Shown: positions 28,258-40,883 of the stretch, in pieces | Layout: each line of letters opens with the position of its first letter | How positions within the stretch are numbered: position 1 is the stretch's first letter | Assembly: GCF_001194135.2 (NCBI RefSeq) | Contig: NC_068982.1 | Coordinates: 148,183,036-148,247,035 of the forward strand | Source of the DNA: Octopus bimaculoides | Lineage: Eukaryota | Direction: 5' to 3' | DNA length: 64,000 nucleotides | Position numbers and translations under genes: made by a program | Notes under the pieces: model-generated | Seen by the model: the letters and a program-made list of their open reading frames with translations, nothing else | Told to the model about the DNA's origin: nothing | Database searches by the model: none

Positions 28258-29375
28258 AGTAGAAAGATGACCGTCACCTTCAGTCACAATTCTTCTTTCA
28301 ATACCAGCTTTAAACTTAGTAAGTTTGTGTCACATGAAAAGCTTCAACCATTTCTCAGGCCTACATGGTTGAGTGTTAAATTATATTTACTCCACACACA
28401 CACACACACACACACCTTCGCTCATGTGTGAGCCAGTTATATATTTACTTGTATGTGTGTGTGTGTGCGTGTATAATTACACACACACACACACATTTAT
28501 CATTGTATTTTGTACGTCTGTATAGTATACAATAGTACATTATCCATTCAAAAATAATAATTACACAAATGTTCATATGTTCCAAACAGCACAGACGAAG
28601 TCGAAGTATAAAAGTTTCGAACAGCACCTAGCACTTTCTTCAATATAATATCACAAATTGTTAATCTCTAATTTTGCTAGGTCTCATTATCTGTTCATTT
28701 ACATTTAATCATACAATCGTTGATGCTGTCATGGTTTATAGGGTATAGATTATAGATATAATTTCTTCCAGAGTAAAAGAGAGCCAAATATGTAGCAAAA
28801 TAAAGAAATATGATGAAGACTAAATATGTTAAAATATTTACCTTCCTCTAAGATATAATATTTCGATCCAAGAGGTATTTTCTGCTGACACGGTTTTGTT
28901 ATCCCTGCAAAAATGTAAATATAACTTGTGTTATAAAAATATAACACTAGTTCTCGTTATATTCTTTCTGCTATAGACACAATGCCTGACATTTTCTGGT
29001 AGGTGGCTCGTTGATTATATCTACCTCGGAACTTATCTCGTGCTCATTTTATCGAGCCCGAAAGGATGGAAAACAAACATGATTTCGACGAGATTTGAAA
29101 ATAATGTAAATATCCAGAAGAATTTATTCCGGTATTGATAACTCTAGTACAGTGTAGAGGTGTTGACATAATCTTTGACAGAACAGTGATCCGATATTAA
29201 AATGAAATATTAATTTCGAATGAGCTCCTGCAAAATTTCTATATTATGCGAGTATAAATATGGATTTGTGGTGTTTAACTACGCACATCATTATTTGAAT
29301 TACAGGTGAAATTAATTCAAATATTCAAGGCAAAATCAAGGGGAAAATTGTCACGCTAGAGCTGATATTCTCTGA

Positions 29376-29430
<55 letters not shown>

Positions 29431-29443
29431 AGAAATATATATA

Positions 29444-29482
<39 letters not shown>

Positions 29483-30897
29483 GTGTATGTATATGTGTGT
29501 ATGTGTATCTGTGTGTGTATGAGCAATGAAAGCACACTGTTGACAATTCCCAGATGAGACTGTGCAGTCCAATGTTCTAGCTTTGCTTTGTTCATGGGGC
29601 AGTTATCTACCCTGTCAGTTTATATGAATGTGCTTTTTCGCAACTATAAGTAGTTTAACTCTTGCTTCTAGCAATATATGTGCTTTACAGTACGTTGCAT
29701 CAGTGCATTGTTCATCTTTTTGTAGCAGTTTGTAGATGAAACTTATTAGTATCTAGTTTGTACATCCAATGCATTGGAGGAGATATTTTCAGCAGGCACC
29801 ATTCAGCACTCTCACACATACACTTACGCAAGCTTTCTTATGCACATACACCATTTTTTTTTGTTTGTTTGTGATAAACTCTTTAAATTTCCCATACTAT
29901 TATAGAGTAACTGGACGATTACATCATCTTAAAGCATACATTCTATTTTGGGTTGAAGGTGGCGAGCTGGCAGAAACGTAAGCACGCCGGACGAAATGCC
30001 TATCGGTATTTCGTCTGTTTTTACGTTCTGAGTTCAAATTCCGCCGAGGTCGACTTTGCCTTTCATCCTTTCAGGGTCAATAAATTAAGTACCCCTCCCC
30101 AAAAATTTCGGGCGTTGTGCCTAGAGTAGAAAAGAATATCCTGACATTTGCAGTATACATAATATCATGATTGACAATAATTTAATGATATGGTAAAGTA
30201 TTAGAAATTAGAAGAGTTCTGAAGCTAGTTACAGGTTAAAGAGAATTTAAATGTTCAAAAAGAGACAACTAGAAAGATGAATCCCATTTCCCTCAAAAAG
30301 AGAAAAAAAACCATCTTATTTACTTAGAGATCAAGTAACATATTTCCTCAGCATTTTCTGGGTTTCACTATTTCAAAGTTAATGTAAGAAGGTGAGTTGG
30401 TAAGGCGGTGAGCTGGCAGAAACGTTAGCACGCCGGGCGAAATGCTTAGTGGTATTTCGTCTACCGCTAAGTTCTGAGTTCAAATTCCGACGAGGTCAAC
30501 TTTGCCTTTCATATTTTCAGGGTCGATAAATAAAGTACCAGTTACGCACTGAGATCGTTGTAATCGACTTAATCCCTTTGTCTGTCCTTTCTTTTTCCCC
30601 TCTATGTGGGCAATAAAGAAATAAGAAACGTTATTAGCATTTTTCCCGTCTTTGTGAGTTCAAATGCTTTCCCTTTCAGGGTTGTTAAAATAAGTACTAT
30701 CTGGTCATTGGGGTCTATATAATTGACTTGCTCCTCTCCCGAAATTGCTGGCCTCCAACAAAATTTGAAAACAATGACACTCTTCATAGATTAATGCTAT
30801 TATGGAGGAATACATAGCAGGCTAGACGTTACTCACCTTGCGAAGTTGCTTGTTTGTACGTTATACAAAAACTGATTAAAAGCAGAAAATATCTCAT
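16673..30897 (-). CDS. Gene B: secreted Cys-rich modular protein, 8 coding exons (signal, linker, 5 modules X-Y-Y-Z-W, terminal GC*), predicted 245 aa
   Basis: Exons 30837-30897, 28842-28904, 27868-27987, 25522-25644, 23377-23499, 21675-21794, 20643-20762 and 16673-16680; canonical splice sites, all phase 1, sum to 738 nt (246 codons) with no internal stop. The N-gap at 19680-20406 could hide an extra exon. Confidence 0.85.
18225..19103. mobile_element. Mariner-derived inverted structure (two 5' ends facing each other)
   Basis: gatcaataagtatccggactgttg at 18225 and its reverse complement ending at 19103; transposase N-terminal pieces on both strands (MTEKVEQRIYIKFCQNLG; EWFRHFQDGRKNIVINERPGRP). 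Confidence 0.75.
19369..19679 (+). mobile_element. tRNA-headed SINE family 3
   Basis: tRNA-like head (ggcccagtggttagg...ggtttcgattc) running into a non-tRNA body; related copies at ~15215-15450 and 43915-44160. Confidence 0.7.
20643..20762 (-). CDS. Gene B module 5 (W-like) GCRINGSCQEAGTRIKSEDGCIVSVCDRMGKGFGHYTEAAG
   Basis: TTTTTTCACTTCAAG| acceptor, GCCG|GTAAGC donor, 120 nt. Confidence 0.9.
21675..21794 (-). CDS. Gene B module 4 (Z-like) GCLIDGACRKVGEKVYSENLCAVRICKMDHNGYQVYTNRTG
   Basis: TTTTTTTACATCAAG| acceptor, ACTG|GTAAGT donor, 120 nt. Confidence 0.9.
23377..23499 (-). CDS. Gene B module 3 (Y-like) GCLLNRICHSVGTKIQTRDPCYSILCTHMYPSYIGWRGKLDG
   Basis: TTTGTAG| acceptor, GACG|GTAAGT donor, 123 nt. 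Confidence 0.9.
25522..25644 (-). CDS. Gene B module 2 (Y-like) GCYRDGVCYKEGQRITERGRCMYHTCMRTPYGRYVWRATYTG
   Basis: CTTCTAG| acceptor, ACTG|GTAGGT donor, 123 nt. Confidence 0.9.
26390..27524 (+). mobile_element. Degenerate Tc1/mariner-superfamily transposon in a gene B intron
   Basis: KSPGRPRTVRTPENV...LGISSRSLRRILH; WFQQDRATVH; SPPDLSLCEFSIWGYLK; terminus gtccaccctgta. Confidence 0.8.
27868..27987 (-). CDS. Gene B module 1 (X type) GCLIRGVCVKYGRKVEATPFCMTYISERRGHGCYVRHKVTG
   Basis: CTCATAG| acceptor, ACCG|GTAGGT donor, 120 nt; the fourth Cys position is Ser and a new Cys lies 7 residues later. Confidence 0.88.
28069..28353. repeat. Inverted repeat (~95-bp arms) around a (TA)n core, MITE-like
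   Basis: 28069-28163 is an imperfect reverse complement of 28259-28353. Confidence 0.8.
28842..28904 (-). CDS. Gene B linker exon (G)ITKPCQQKIPLGSKYYILEE(G)
   Basis: TTTTTGCAG| acceptor, GAAG|GTAAAT donor, 63 nt. Confidence 0.82.
30403..30630 (+). mobile_element. tRNA-derived SINE family 2 (gcggtgagctggcagaa...gttctgagttcaaattccgccgaggtcgactttgcc)
   Basis: Many copies: ~3325-3545, 5400-5580, 17020-17420, 17545-17720 (-), 27545-27740 (-), 29960-30135, 56400-56580, 57330-57520 (-). Confidence 0.8.
30837..30897 (-). CDS. Gene B signal-peptide exon MRYFLLLISFCITYKQATSQ(G)
   Basis: Acceptor tttcag before 30904, ATG at 30897, donor CAAG|GTGAGT. Confidence 0.9.
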
Positions 30898-32432
30898 ATT
30901 TTTCCTGAAACAATTACAATAAAAGTACAAACGAGTTAAAATAAATTTATGTATATTAATGGCTCAATCAAAAGAAGAGCAATGCATTTCAATATTTCTT
31001 TCCTGGTATTCGAAATGAAGAAAGAAACGAGATGATTAAATTGTCGTTATAAAACTGTAGACCTGATCCGATTCTCTGCAACATAGTAGGAGTAGAGACT
31101 ATTCCAACAGCAATATTAAATAAATACTTGTTTCATATAACTAAATAAAATCCTATCATTTAATGGAAATAAAAAATAAAAATGAAAAATGTGAAATTTG
31201 GACTAAAGGTTCACACAGTGCTACATTGGATAACGCATTAAGCTTACCCAGTTACCACTAGTGGAAAATGATTGTCCTTTCACCGAAAATTTACACGAAT
31301 TCCTTCAACTTAATTACACGTATAAGTCTTGCTACCAACCATAACTATAGTTGAACATGCACTCTCAGTCTCCATTACTGTGGGGTTCAACGCGTTACTA
31401 GAAAATCCTTAAACGCACGATTACATTTACGCCAACTATTCAGTTATTAGAAGAAAATGATAGCACAATGAAATAACAGGACATGTAATTCAAGGAATAA
31501 AATTCACAGAAGTACATATTTTTAGAATGCGCCTATAATCTATATGGCATTATCAATTAAATTTAAATAGATTTCATGTAACTAAATAATATAGCGTAAT
31601 TTAATTTTTAAAAAAATAAACTGAAAAACAGAGTACATCATTTCAAAGGATTTTAAAGTTATTCCCTCTCCCTTTCAATGTAACTCTATAAAAATATATA
31701 ATATATATTATATATGCATATAATCTGTCTATCTATCTATCTATCTAACAATCTATCTATCTGTCTGTCTGTTTGTCTGTCTGTCTCTATGTCTGTCTGT
31801 CTTTCTGTCTATCTGTCTGTCTATCTGTCTGTCTGTCTGTCTGTCTTATATTATTTTATGGCATGTTATATTTCTAATGTAAATAAAATGTTAGTTTGTC
31901 AATTGTATTTCTCTATTTCATTTAATATTTGTATATATATATATATATATAAAGTTGTGTGTGTGAGTGTGTGAGTATGTCTGTGTGTATTTATATGCAT
32001 ATTCTTTAGTCATTTGACTGCGGCCATGCTGGAGCACCGCCCTAAAGGATTTTAGTCGGAGAAATCTCCCCCCACGCCAGGACTTATTCTTTGTGAGCTT
32101 AGTATATATCTTATGTGTATATAAATATATATATATATATNNNNNNNNNNNNNNNNNNNNNNNNNNNNNATACGCATGCATGCATACGTTTATATATATA
32201 TACATATATATATATACACACACACATATTAACACATACATCATACATACGCATGCATGCATACGTTTATATATATATACATATATATATATACACAAAC
32301 ACACACACACACATATAATAATCGAAACGGCGTCAGTTCTGTAATAAATGTATTTAAAATAAGATTTGGATAGATGCAGGTTTCTACAGTATGAGAATGT
32401 AGACGTAGAAAGCAATGAAAATGAAAACTCAC

Positions 32433-32528
32433 AGATGTAATTTGAGTCGTAAATACGCACTCACACTCATATATACACTTCTAGTGGCGATTGATTATAT
32501 TCGATTACGTCATTCAATCGTATATAAG
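32433..32528 (-). promoter_or_regulatory. Gene B core promoter (TATA + Inr-like) and exon 1
   Basis: TATATA at 32526-32521, TCAATC with A at 32492 (same 34-nt spacing as gene C), donor TCT|GTGAGT at 32433/32432. Confidence 0.62.
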
Positions 32529-35129
32529 CATGTGCCTATATACCTGTTTATTGATCTTTAGTGTTCTTTTTCTACTTCCTTGCATCTATCGTATATACAT
32601 TTTCTGGTGCTGTATGTAAGTGTGTGTGTGTGTGTGTGTGCGTGTGTGTGTATGTGTGTGTGTGTGTGTATGCACCTGTGAATTTATGTGTGTAGGTATG
32701 TGTGTGTTTGTATATCTCTATGTTTCACAGGAAAGGACATAGAAGAAATACGTAAGTGCGAGATTACTGTCAAAATTCAGTTGCTTTCACTGCAATACCA
32801 GCATTGCATGACATCAATCATAACAAAATAATCGTTTATATAAATAAAATTCCCAGTAGTGAAAGATCAATTAGTTGGAAAATTTTGCGCTTTTGTTTTA
32901 CATTGTTGACAAACATGCAATATATATCACCAGATTTATTTTGGTTTTCTGCGAAAGAAGCTTCTGAGAGATATTTCTTTCTCACACGTAGACGCACGAA
33001 CACACACACACATACACACACACACACAAACAACCCACGCTGATATGCACACATACACACACAGGGGCCCACACACAGAGATATACAGACACACACACAC
33101 ATACGGACGGAGACACACACACACACACACACACACACACGAATACACACACACACGGTCACACANNNNNNNNNNTTTATGCTAGCATCTACAAATCCTT
33201 GCTTTTCTGGTTTTCATGTTTTCCAGGATGCCATTTCTTCTGATGTCTGATCTTGTTTCTGCCACCTTTGCACCTTGATACCGATTTGTACAAGATTTCT
33301 AATGCTTTTGTCAACGAAAATATATAAAACACTTACCGTTCGTGAATTCTAATTTCACTTCTATCATATAAAAGAAAAATTAAGTTGGTTTATGGTTATC
33401 GTAAGTGACTCTTCTCGGAAAATTGATTCAATATTTGGTAACTGATAATCACTTTATGATCATTAATTTAGTCGAGAGGTAGGAAATTTGATCAATAGCA
33501 AAATTTCCTCTGAGTGGAATCTTACGCTAAACTAACATCTAGTTTGCTTTACCTCTGAAACACATACACAATTTAAAGAAGGTTCAAAAATAATAATTTT
33601 CTATCCTTACTGTCACCCAGTTTTCAAATACATTCAATAATTCCCCAACTAAAATCCTTGCTACTTTATTCTCCATTCTAAAATTAAGAAACTCACATAA
33701 TGTGGATGTAGATGTCTTCAAAAAGGAATTGGACATCCTCCTCTCCACAATGCCGGATAAACCGGCGACCCGGCATTAGGTACAGACGAGGGCAGCGGAA
33801 TCAAATTCAAAGTTGTTGTCTAATCCGTTGGAACTATTAGCGAAATAATCAATAAAAGCGGATATAACATTATAAAATATTTCAAAAGAATTTATATTTG
33901 AAAGAATAGAAGCATTGACTTTTGTTACCTGGTAATTTATTATGATTAAATTTATTTTTAGATTTAGTTCAAATTTTGGTAATATGGGGTACCAAACCAA
34001 ATTCTTAACGACATACCTTTTTTTCTTCGAATATATTAGTCCTCGGTTTGTTGCAGCGTATCCGTATATCAAATAGGCCAATACTTGGAACAAAGGTACG
34101 CACGGGAGTGGCGATGTGGTGACGTGAATAGCCCCTTTTTTCTTTGAATGTATTAGTTCTCGACTTGTTGCGTCGTATCCTTTACAGGACACCGGTGTTA
34201 TTGACGAATAATTCCTGTTTTCGGAGCAGCTTTAATTAAAACTTATCCATCTTTCTCTTTATAGTATTAGAAATTGAAGTTTAATTGTTAGAAGCTAAGT
34301 TTTAATAGATCTAATTTTCAGAGGTTAACATGGCAGATACAAGACATAAAATACTCAAGCCCCACAAAATTCAAAATAAACCCCAACCTTCTCACTTGAT
34401 AGTAGAGACAAACTTGATTGTTTATTAGCCGTAAATCACTAAAGGAGATGAGCTAGCAGAATAGCTAGCGCATCGGACAGGATACGTTTCTGTATTCATT
34501 CTGGCTCTTTCCATTCCGATTTCAAGTCCTATGAGGAGAAATTTGCTTTTCGTGGTCGATAATAGAAAGTAGTAGCCAAATAGTGATTATATTGGGATGA
34601 CTTTGTTCCTAATTTAGAGACAATTATTTGTCGTAAACTTATTTAATATTTATGATGTATTAAATCAACGACCACAGTATAACCAAGTATGATATTTTTA
34701 CTATTTCTAATTCACTTCTCCCTTAATGAATGGAAATTTGTCAACTGAATCGTTATGTCGAAGTATTGAAAGTATGCATATATGTGTGTATAATATGTGC
34801 GAGAACAGTATGTTCCAGATGGTGCTATTAAGTTAGACGTGGCCTGGGATAATCATAGACAAATCTGATCTAAGTTATGCTTGTATATCACGCACACACA
34901 TATATGTTTTAAAAACTTAATGTCTCAAAAAAAAATGTGTTTTGCTACTTTCTATCTCCACCGGAAAAAAGTATTTTGATTCTATAAGCGCAGTTTCACC
35001 GTTATTTCAGAATATATTTTTGTAAAATCCCAACGTTTGAAACGAGTGTAATTCATAACAGTCTAATCAAAGTACTTTCTCCAAGATGTGGATGATTTTT
35101 ATAATAATGATGATGATGATGATGTAATA

Positions 35130-36110
35130 TCAGGCACTCGTTCTCATGAGCTTCTGATCTTAACTGATTGGAAGTGATATCATGTGCATGTTTTGTCTTC
35201 GTACAGAAGATGGGATACAGCAAATATTCTCAGATTTGCTCGTCACTTGTTTGACCTTAACCATTTGAGCATGTCCCTTAGTGGCTGACGATATGTGCAT
35301 CTCTGATCACAAGGAGAAATAGTTGGGAACATCATAGCCATATGTTGACAGGAATTCATGTGTTGATAGGAATTCTGGAAATATAGGTATTTCGTTCGAC
35401 ATCTTTAAACAATCATTATTCAGAGGCCTTTTGAGCGGGTTGGACTACTCGACCTGAAGAAAATTCTAACTGGGTCTCACCTGGAAGTTCATGCTGTATT
35501 TACCTTGATATGAGATCACCATGTCACGCACATATTGTTGTGACGCATGTGCCCGGTGTACCCTTATAAGACAGGAAGTCATGATGGTTATATTAGTCTT
35601 CATGTTCACAAATGTTTCTTTCATGGCATGCGCTGTTCTCTCACTCAATACCAGCTGCGGATCTCTAAATCAACAGTTGCAAGAGTCTGAATCAGCAGCT
35701 ACGGGGCTGTGAATCACAAGCTGTGAAACTCGGAATATTGGGTTGGTACCCAGGGAAGGATAGCTCACTTAAATTTCTCTGGGTAGGACCCCTGAACCCT
35801 TTACTCTGCATGAAAATAATGAATAATAGAATTAACACAAACAACGGCATGAATGAGGATGGAACTACAGGTGATGGACATCTCCCAGCAGGTGCCCTGT
35901 GGGTGAGCAGCACAGGCAAAATGGACTAAAACGATGAATACAGCTGTCATGGAATGTTATGTTATTTTTTGAGTAGACTAATGAAGGGACACCCATAAGA
36001 GGAGTGCATGTCATCCCAGTAGCTGTAGGGGTACTTGGAGAACTAACAAACAAGTTCGAGAATATGTTAGAGGAATCGGAATTGAGATGCGAGCAGAACA
36101 AGTCCCCCCC
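35130..36110. mobile_element. Mixed non-LTR retrotransposon fragments
   Basis: Degenerate LINE-like peptides and an R4-like C-terminal piece (VIPVAVGVLGEL) at ~36000-36100; part is shared with 47590-48200. Confidence 0.5.
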
Positions 36111-36289
36111 CCCAAAAAAAAACTGTATTAGTTTGGAGTTGGGTTTTCGAATCCCCGAGGAAGCATGCTACTTAAAATTTTCGATTCATATCTGTTGCTT
36201 CCAGTCGTTTTTCGTGAATAAATTCGGTATTTTTTCTGTTTGGTGCGTTATTATAACATATCTAGTTGCAGTTTATATTTTTAATAAAA

Positions 36290-36760
36290 AGTTTTCCTTA
36301 TTTAATCGAAATTGTGTTGAAGTGTTTCTGGTCCATTGATAGAGGGAAAAATCTGATATTTCGGATTTTTGCAGAGCATTGAGCTAAATGTTTACTTACG
36401 CGAATTTTCCTGGTCGTGGAGTCTCGAATCTGTTGCCTGCGTACCGACAGTCTGTCCCTCAGGGTCAATATCGTTTGACCTATGTAGTCCCCACCGCACC
36501 AACCACATTTGATATCATAATCTTCAATGCACATGAGAAACGACATTTTATGGTGAATATTTGACCTTGAATTCTAATGTTGATCCTTCCAAAAGGTTGA
36601 TGCAAGTTCCAAAGTTAGGGCAATTGCATTTTTTGACTAGAGTGGGAAGTTGTACTTTTGATGGGTAATTTGTCCGTGGTAACCTTTTTAAAGATGTAGA
36701 TTGTCTTTTACTTTTAATAATTTTATGTGCTTCGAGTGCTTTTTTCATTCGCATTCACGA
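36290..36760 (-). mobile_element. Penelope-like element fragment (GIY-YIG endonuclease)
   Basis: CGWCGGDYIGQTILTLRDRLSVRRQQIRD...SKHLAQC resembles the YIGxT half of GIY-YIG in Penelope elements. Confidence 0.75.
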
Positions 36761-36799
36761 TTCACTGCGCAGTGTGTTTTGACACATATCATCTAGGAC

Positions 36800-37500
36800 A
36801 GTGGTTCTTACCTAAGGGTCGTGACATCTGGGTGGGGAGAAGGTCATTTGAGGTTTCTTAGTTGGGTCACTGAGGGTTTGGGAAAAAGTAATTTATTTCA
36901 TGTGTTTGAAGTATTGCATTGCGGCTTTATTGCTGTATTGCAGTATCATGTATCGCAGCTGCAAGTTATATCATAACTTCATATGCTTTGTTCCTGCTTT
37001 CTGACTCCCAAGACACAGCTTTCTCCCTTCAGATGACAAATTTCCTGGATTCTATGACAGAAGCTAAATGTAGTTCCCGTGAAGAGATCTCAGCTTATCT
37101 TCTGGCAGTGGATGACGCCATTGAATGTTACTTCACAAGATTGGATGACCGCTGTATTTGCAAACCCTCTGAAGTGAAGGAGAGTACCATCAGTGATACT
37201 GATGGTACTACGAAGGTGGAATTTCTTCAAATTTGTGAGGATACTTAGTTGAAAGTCGATTTTTCTGAACAGGAACTTCCGACATTTTGGGCGAAACTGA
37301 AAGATGACTATCCTCTTCTTTCGATGCGTTCACTGATCATGCTGTTCTAGTCCCCCTCGACCTCCCGCTGCGAGGCTAGATTCTCAGCAGTGATGTCTCT
37401 GAAAACGAATGCATACAGTAGGCTTGTGATTCACGCCGACATGAGGTGTTGTCTCTCGCTTTGATGTACTTATGGTTGCAAAACAATATCAACCCACTGA
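36800..37500 (+). mobile_element. hAT (Charlie/Buster-like) transposon relic
   Basis: cagtggttc terminus; degenerate C-terminal dimerisation-region peptides (LPTFWAKLKDDYPLLS...CEARFS...LKT). Confidence 0.65.
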
Positions 37501-39283
37501 GTCAATAAGTAGGTTTTGTAAAATGTTCAGTAGTTACATACGTTTCTTTATCACTTGTAGCATTTTCCAATGTCTTTTATTTGTAACAGTTTCAATAAAT
37601 TAGAATCTTCATATAGTTTTGTTTTATCTTAGTTTTACACAAAGGTCATCATTTCAAAATGGTCCTTTAGGCTCGAATGCACATGGCTGGCCTTATTTGT
37701 AAAACTGTGGAAAGATGCTAGCCTATGAGAAAACACGAGGACGGGTGTGAGGAAGGTTAATGCAAATGGTGGAATGAGAAATTGTAGACAAGAAATAAAA
37801 GCGGTAAAAAAAAAGACAGGAAAGATTACCAAGAGTAGCGTCCTCTTTTGTCCATCGAAATCCTTATTAGTATAGTAAGGGTAGAATAATTTAATAGGCA
37901 GGAGGCCGAAGCCTTTGAGAGAGCATACTTAATACGGTGAGGGTGGTTTCCTGCTCTTTGACAAAAGAAATTTACCCAGTAGCCTCAAACATAAGATATC
38001 TTACAACTCATCTTTTGAAAATATGAAACTTAAAAAATAGACCCAGGAAAATATCATCGTTCACCCCACCCATCCTTTTCTTTGAATGTTAAGACTAATA
38101 CTGGCAAAAATTCATCCTGAAAAGCATAAATGCAGGAACATTTTAATATATATATTCAGTAAAAATTTCGTGCAGTTGCTGCCCCAATATTAAGACCATC
38201 ATCACTCGCAAGTCACACCAACAGACTACTGCTAGTTGTAATCACTGAAACCCAGAAGGTTGTCCAGTTTATGAAACTGAAGTCACAGCAGTACTCCGAC
38301 AATTTTAAAAGAAGATACGCGAACCACCAGCCATCTTTCGGACACATGGACAAAAATAAAGCCACAAAGTATGTTAGCGATATATAGGATCTGAAGGCCA
38401 ATTGCACACCGCATATAATCAAGTGGAGCATTGTTAATTAATCCACGCCACAGGTAAATTGATTAAGGAGATGCAAGTGATTTGTAGCCGAAAGATTTCA
38501 CATTCTTGATAGTTGTAAGGATTCCCCCACACTAGTTAATTCCAGATCCGAAATTTTTAACAAATGCAAGCACATGGACAAATTTCTTCTCTCCGACCGG
38601 TGGACACCACCCTCTTTAGATTAAGCATATTTTCTTACAGGCTTCGGCTTCCTATCCGATGAATTATCCTGCAGTTACTATTCTAATTATGATATCGATA
38701 AAAAAAAAGGACGCAACACTGATTTCCTTTCCGTTCTTTCTGTTTCCGTTTTTATTACTTTTAGTTTTTTCGTCTTTGTTCATTTCATTCCACCTTTTGC
38801 ATTTACCTTCCTCTCACCTTTTCCCATTCTTTCTCATGGACCAGTATTTTGTTTTAGTTTNNNNNNNNNNNNNNNNNNNNNNNNNNNNNNNNNNNNNNNN
38901 NNNNNNNNNNNNNNNNNNNNNNNNNNNNNNNNNNNNNNNNNNNNNNNNNNNNNNNNNNNNNNNNNNNNNNNNNNNNNNNNNNNNNNNNNNNNNNNNNNNN
39001 NNNNNNNNNNNNNNNNNNNNNNNNNNNNNNNNNNNNNNNNNNNNNNNNNNNNNNNNNNNNNNNNNNNNNNNNNNNNNNNNNNNNNNNNNNNNNNNNNNNN
39101 NNNNNNNNNNNNNNNNNNNNNNNNNNNNNNNNNNNNNNNNNNNNNNNNNNNNNNNNNNNNNNNNNNNNNNNNNNNNNNNNNNNNNNNNNNNNNNNNNNNN
39201 NNNNNNNNNNNNNNNNNNNNNNNNNNNNNNNNNNNNNNNNNNNNNNNNNNNNNNNNNNNNNNNNNNNNNNNNNNNNNNNNNNN

Positions 39284-39344
<61 letters not shown>

Positions 39345-39604
39345 TGTGTGTGTGTGTGTGTGCATGTGCGTGCGTGTGTAAAAACATAACTTCGTGATGG
39401 AGTGCGCGTACGCGTGTGTGCATATGTGTGAGTAAACAATAACAAAGTTATTCTTCGGTCGGTATTTGAAATATCTATTTCCATCAGCCAAGTGATATTT
39501 GTTTGTTGTGTAGTCCTATGTGAGTCTGGTTGATCGATGAACAAAAGTGTCTCATCGAATTTCATGGTAAAACTTTATACTTTTAATGATTAAAAATATA
39601 CAAG

Positions 39605-39626
39605 TTTATTTTAAGCGTACTTTATT
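39605..39626 (-). terminator. Gene A candidate poly(A) signals (two AATAAA)
   Basis: tttatt at 39605-39610 and 39621-39626, in context homologous to gene B 15979-16000. Confidence 0.5.
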
Positions 39627-40066
39627 AAACATTAACATTGTTTGAAAATAAATAAGAATATAAAACTTTTATACAAATATACAGAAGAAAATCGAGTTGC
39701 TGTGTTGTTATTGTCTTCCAGTTGTACATTTATCGACTGACGATTGTACATTGAACATTTAAAATCTTAATGAAACGGACCCAAGTATTTTCATTGACGG
39801 ATGATTAAGAAGTTATCTTGTCACAATAGCTATTACTTTTGTCGTTACTGCTTGTTAAGCGTGTAACCTAATGGAATTGCCAAAATTGTTGTCCACAATA
39901 ATAATTATTATTAACACTTAGGTTACAGAATTTTTATACAAAACTTCAACCTCAATCTGATGTACAAGTTCAAGCACTCTGTGTAAATTTTACAACTGAT
40001 ATTAACTTGTTCTTGTGGATTCCTACGTATCTCTACGTCCGAATATATTGGTGCATCCGCCTTTTC

Positions 40067-40077
40067 TTAAGAACAAC
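40067..40077 (-). CDS. Gene A terminal coding exon (G)CS*, followed by 3'UTR
   Basis: Strong acceptor TTTCTTTTCTTTAACTATCTAG|GT TGT TCT TAA; the homologous acceptor and downstream sequence occur at 16673-16680 in gene B. Confidence 0.8.
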
Positions 40078-40752
40078 CTAGATAGTTAAAGAAAAGAAAT
40101 AAAGCAACTTTTAATAACTGGTTGTAAAATAAAATTTTGCTCAATATAATGAAAGTAAGTAAATCAAATATTGAATTAAAATTGAAGTAAAATCAAAATT
40201 AAAACGAAAATGCATTTATAGTTCTGTTGAAAAGTATGTGAGTAAACATCTTAATAAACTGCTGAGCAGCATTAACATAGAAGTAATTTGTGAATTATGC
40301 TTGAATAGGTTATCAAACTTAGTACTGAATGTAATATCACTATGTTCGAATTACATTAAGGTATGTGATCGGCAAAAAGCAGATCTCCCATCCAAATTAT
40401 TGAAAACTTAAGTATAAGTCAAAAATCTGATAAATCATAATATTCAATATTGAAAACAGATTGAAACTTTCATGTTAAGTGGCTGTAGTTTATTCAAAAC
40501 ATCAGTATGGATGATTCTGCATCATATCGATAGAAATCGTTGTTGAACAAAAATAATTTGTCTATCTTTACAATATTTTAGATTAAACAACTGACAATAA
40601 GCAAAATTACCATCAATGAAATTATCTTAGAGAAAGAGCTTTTTTTTTCATTCGTTTTGGCTATTTACATCAATGGCGTCGGAAAAGTAATGTTATTTTG
40701 ATTGCTTACATTAAAAATGCACATACATACGTACGTACACACATGTACGTAC

Positions 40753-40783
<31 letters not shown>

Positions 40784-40849
40784 TGTATGTATGTATGTAT
40801 GCATGTATGTATGTATGTATGTATATATGTATATATATGTATATATATA

Positions 40850-40883
<34 letters not shown>

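Noticed and set aside
29680-29955. Well-conserved block shared with 2480-2740, tested as a coding exon
   Set aside because: Stops occur in the candidate frames and the two copies share no open frame with matching splice sites; it is duplicated intron sequence.
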